Shown here: piece by piece, positions 57,808 to 64,000 of the stretch
Numbering within the stretch: position 1 is the first letter of the stretch
Layout: each line of letters starts with the position of its first letter
Source: an uncultured Actinomycetes bacterium
GTDB taxonomy: Bacteria; Actinomycetota; UBA4738; HRBIN12
Reading direction: 5' to 3'
DNA length: 64,000 bases
NCBI GenBank assembly: GCA_963704725.1
Contig: OY969934.1
Coordinates: 2,624,001-2,688,000, forward strand
The notes under the pieces: model-generated
The model's database searches: none
The model's input: the letters and a program-made list of their open reading frames with translations, nothing else
What the model was told of the DNA's origin: nothing
Position numbers and translations under genes: made by a program

Positions 57808-58488
57808 GTGACCGAGAAGGCAACGAAGCTCCCACCCCTGCGCGTCCTGCTCGTCGACGACCACGAGGTCGTCCGGAGCGGGGTGAAAGCCCTGCTCCAG
57901 GCCACGGAGGACATCGTCGTCACCGCCGAGGCCGGCTCCGTCCGGGAGGCCGTCGACGAGGCCGACCGCACGCGCCCGGACGTGGTCGTCATGGACGTCC
58001 GGCTGGCCGACGGCAGCGGCATCGAGGCGACGCGGGAGATCCGGGCCCGCCACCCCAAGACCCAGGTCGTGATGCTGACCTCGTTCGCCGACGACGAGGC
58101 GTTGTTCGCCTCGATCATGGCCGGAGCCTCCGGGTACGTCCTGAAGCAGGTCAAGGGCGGCGAACTCGTGCGGGCGATCCGCACGGTGGGCAAGGGCGAG
58201 AGCCTGCTGGACCCGGCCGTGACGAGCGCGGTGCTCGACCGCCTCCGCAAGGGCAAGCACCTGCTCAAGGACGAGAAGCTCGCCCGCCTGTCCCCGCAGG
58301 AGGAGCGGATCCTGTCGCTCGTGGCCGACGGCAAGACGAACAAGGAGATCGGCGACGAGCTGAACCTGGCCGAGAAGACGGTCAAGAACTACGTCTCCAG
58401 CATCCTGTCCAAGCTCGAGGTGGCCCGGCGCGCCGAGGCCGCCGCCTACCTCGCCCGCCACACCACCACACCCGGCACCCAGGGCTGA
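57808..58488 (+). CDS. LuxR/NarL response regulator (DosR-like)
   Basis: VDDHEVVR, MDVRL, LTSFADDEAL, LAEKTVKNYVSSIL. Confidence 0.92.
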   Translation: MTEKATKLPPLRVLLVDDHEVVRSGVKALLQATEDIVVTAEAGSVREAVDEADRTRPDVVVMDVRLADGSGIEATREIRARHPKTQVVMLTSFADDEALFASIMAGASGYVLKQVKGGELVRAIRTVGKGESLLDPAVTSAVLDRLRKGKHLLKDEKLARLSPQEERILSLVADGKTNKEIGDELNLAEKTVKNYVSSILSKLEVARRAEAAAYLARHTTTPGTQG

Positions 58489-58503
58489 GCCGCGCCCGGC
58501 AGG

Positions 58504-58551
58504 GGGCCGAACGACCGCCTCTCGGCACGTCCGGCATGGGTCGAACGGCCC
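58504..58551. promoter_or_regulatory. tandem DosR-like boxes upstream of PFOR
   Basis: GGGCCGAACGACCG and GGGTCGAACGGCCC. Confidence 0.55.
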
Positions 58552-58622
58552 CGGTCCGCCCATCTCCGTCGCGCAAGCATGGGTCGAGACTCTGCAGGTA
58601 TGGCGATCACGGGGTGAGGTGG

Positions 58623-62248
<3,626 letters not shown>

Positions 62249-62252
<4 letters not shown>

Positions 62253-63286
62253 CGGCCGACCTTCGGACCACGTACCTGGGACTCTCCCTGTCCAACCCGC
62301 TCGTGCCGTCGGCCTCAACGCTGTCCTCGCGCATCGACAACTTGAAGCGCCTGGAAGACGCGGGTGCCTCGGCCATCGTCATGCAGTCGCTGTTCGAGGA
62401 GCAGATCGAGCACGAGGAACTCCAGATCCACCGCATGCTCGAGACCGGGGCGAACAGCAACCCGGAGTCGCTGACCCACTTCCCCGAGCTCGAGGACTAC
62501 AACACCGGCCCGGATGAGTACCTGCGGCACCTCGAGTCCTGCAAGAAGGAGCTCGAGATCCCGGTGATCGGGTCCCTGAACGGCTCCAGCGACGGTGGAT
62601 GGATCCGCTACGCGAAGCTGATCCAAGAGGCCGGCGCCGACGCCCTGGAGCTGAACGTCTACTTCGTCGCGGCCGATCCGGACGAGAACGGGTGGCAGGT
62701 CGAGCAGCGGTACCTCGAGCTGGTGCGCACGGTCAGAGACAGCGTGACGATCCCGCTCGCCGTCAAGATCGGCCCGTACTTCTCGTCCGTCGCGAACATG
62801 GCGCGCCAGCTCACCGAGGCGGGGGCGGACGGGCTCGTGCTCTTCAACCGCTTCTTTCAGCCGGACATCGATCTCGAGACGCTCGAGGTGGATCCCACGC
62901 TCCACCTGTCGACCTCGGACGAGATGCGGCTGCCGCTTCGGTGGATCGCGATCCTGCACGGGCGCGTCCCATGCTCGTTAGCGGCCACGAGCGGCATCCA
63001 CACGGCCGAGGACGCGGTGAAGCTGCTGCTCGCCGGCGCGGACGTGACGATGATGGCGTCCGCCCTGTTCCAGAACGGCCCCGAGCACCTGGCCACCGTG
63101 CTCACCGGCCTCCGGGAGTGGCTCGACGAGTACGGCTACCTCTCCGTCGAGCAGCTCAAGGGCAGCGTGAGCCAAGCCAACGTCGCCGATCCGTCGGCGT
63201 TCGCGCGGGCCAACTACATGCGGATGCTCGTGAACTACTCGAGCCCGTACGACTGGCGTGAGATCCCGGGGTCCGTCCAGGCCTAG
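62249..63286 (+). CDS. dihydroorotate dehydrogenase-like flavoprotein
   Basis: TYLGLSLSNP, SLFEEQ, LELN, LFNRFFQPD. Confidence 0.9.
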
Positions 63287-64000
63287 ACGAGCGTGAGCTC
63301 GCCGAGCGCGTGCCGGGAGCTCCACGCCCGGAGGCTGCCCCGGTACAGCGCGCGTTCGTGGAAGGCGCCGTCGGGACGCAGACCCGCCGTGCCGCCGCAC
63401 CGGACGAACGCCTCCAGCAGCGGGGCAAGCTGCGTCCCGTACAGCTCCATGCACCGCTTGGGATGCACCCCCGGCCACGAGTAGCACGACACGACGGGTC
63501 GCCGCTCGCCGGTCGGGATCGCCGAAGGGAGCGCGTCCCACGCCGGATCGTCCACCTCGAACACGTACCGGTCGAGGTTGCCCTGAGGGATCCCCTCGAT
63601 CCCCCGGACGGTCGGCGGGTGGGCCTCGAGTAGGTAGGGGTCCACGACCAGATCGCAGATCACCGCGTGCGCGGGGAGCCGGCCGAGCCAGGCGTTGACG
63701 ATCACCGGGACGGACGGATTGTCGCGCTGGGTGGCGTCGACGAGGATGTCGGTCACCTCGAGACGCTCGCGGAGGTACCCCTGGCTGCACGTGAGGTTGC
63801 GACCGATCGTCGTGACCTCGACGCCGGCCAGCCCGTATCGGCTGAGGAGACGGGAGCGCTGGACGTTGCCGTAGTGCGTCGCCGCGTCGACGGCGTGCCG
63901 GCCGATCTCGCCCGCCCCCATCACGGTGACGCGCACCGGGCCCCGCTCGCGGGAGGTGAGGAACGGCCAGGTACGCTCGAGCGTCTCGAACGCCGCCGCC
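63283..64000 (-). CDS. alanine dehydrogenase/PNT-like NAD-binding protein (partial)
   Basis: VMGAGEIG Rossmann motif, ILVDAT, VICDL, SWPG; frame runs off the window end. Confidence 0.6.
   Translation of the reverse strand, partial: AAAFETLERTWPFLTSRERGPVRVTVMGAGEIGRHAVDAATHYGNVQRSRLLSRYGLAGVEVTTIGRNLTCSQGYLRERLEVTDILVDATQRDNPSVPVIVNAWLGRLPAHAVICDLVVDPYLLEAHPPTVRGIEGIPQGNLDRYVFEVDDPAWDALPSAIPTGERRPVVSCYSWPGVHPKRCMELYGTQLAPLLEAFVRCGGTAGLRPDGAFHERALYRGSLRAWSSRHALGELTLV

Overview
High-GC actinobacterial chromosome segment, densely coding, with no rRNA, tRNA, CRISPR or mobile element seen. 1-15 kb: the conserved manB-DUF3499-L,D-transpeptidase-GT2-whiB-F420 (fbiC/fbiA/fbiB) region, plus a histone-H1-like gene and a LipJ-type cyclase. 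15-24 kb: a BMP-type nucleoside ABC transporter, DUF3105 genes and a SpoIID protein. 24-42 kb: a cell-envelope polysaccharide locus (NDP-sugar synthase, glycosyltransferases, wzm/wzt, rfbA/B/D, LCP). 42-46 kb: an acyl-CoA synthetase and a SigK/RskA-like pair. 46-64 kb: a DosRS-like low-oxygen island (USPs, ApbE/ferric-reductase module, Pat, CBS-BON, multicopper oxidase, PFOR, DHOD-like) with repeated DosR-like boxes. The best candidate novel system is a RiPP-like cassette at 32.1-34.8 kb inside the polysaccharide locus. It comprises a PqqD/RRE protein, a Tat-exported 12-Cys precursor with a WxxPxI leader motif, and a convergent HprK-related kinase plus a pseudokinase paralog, both preceded by in-frame UGA codons at similar positions. 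All calls come from motif reading by eye; no database searches were run.
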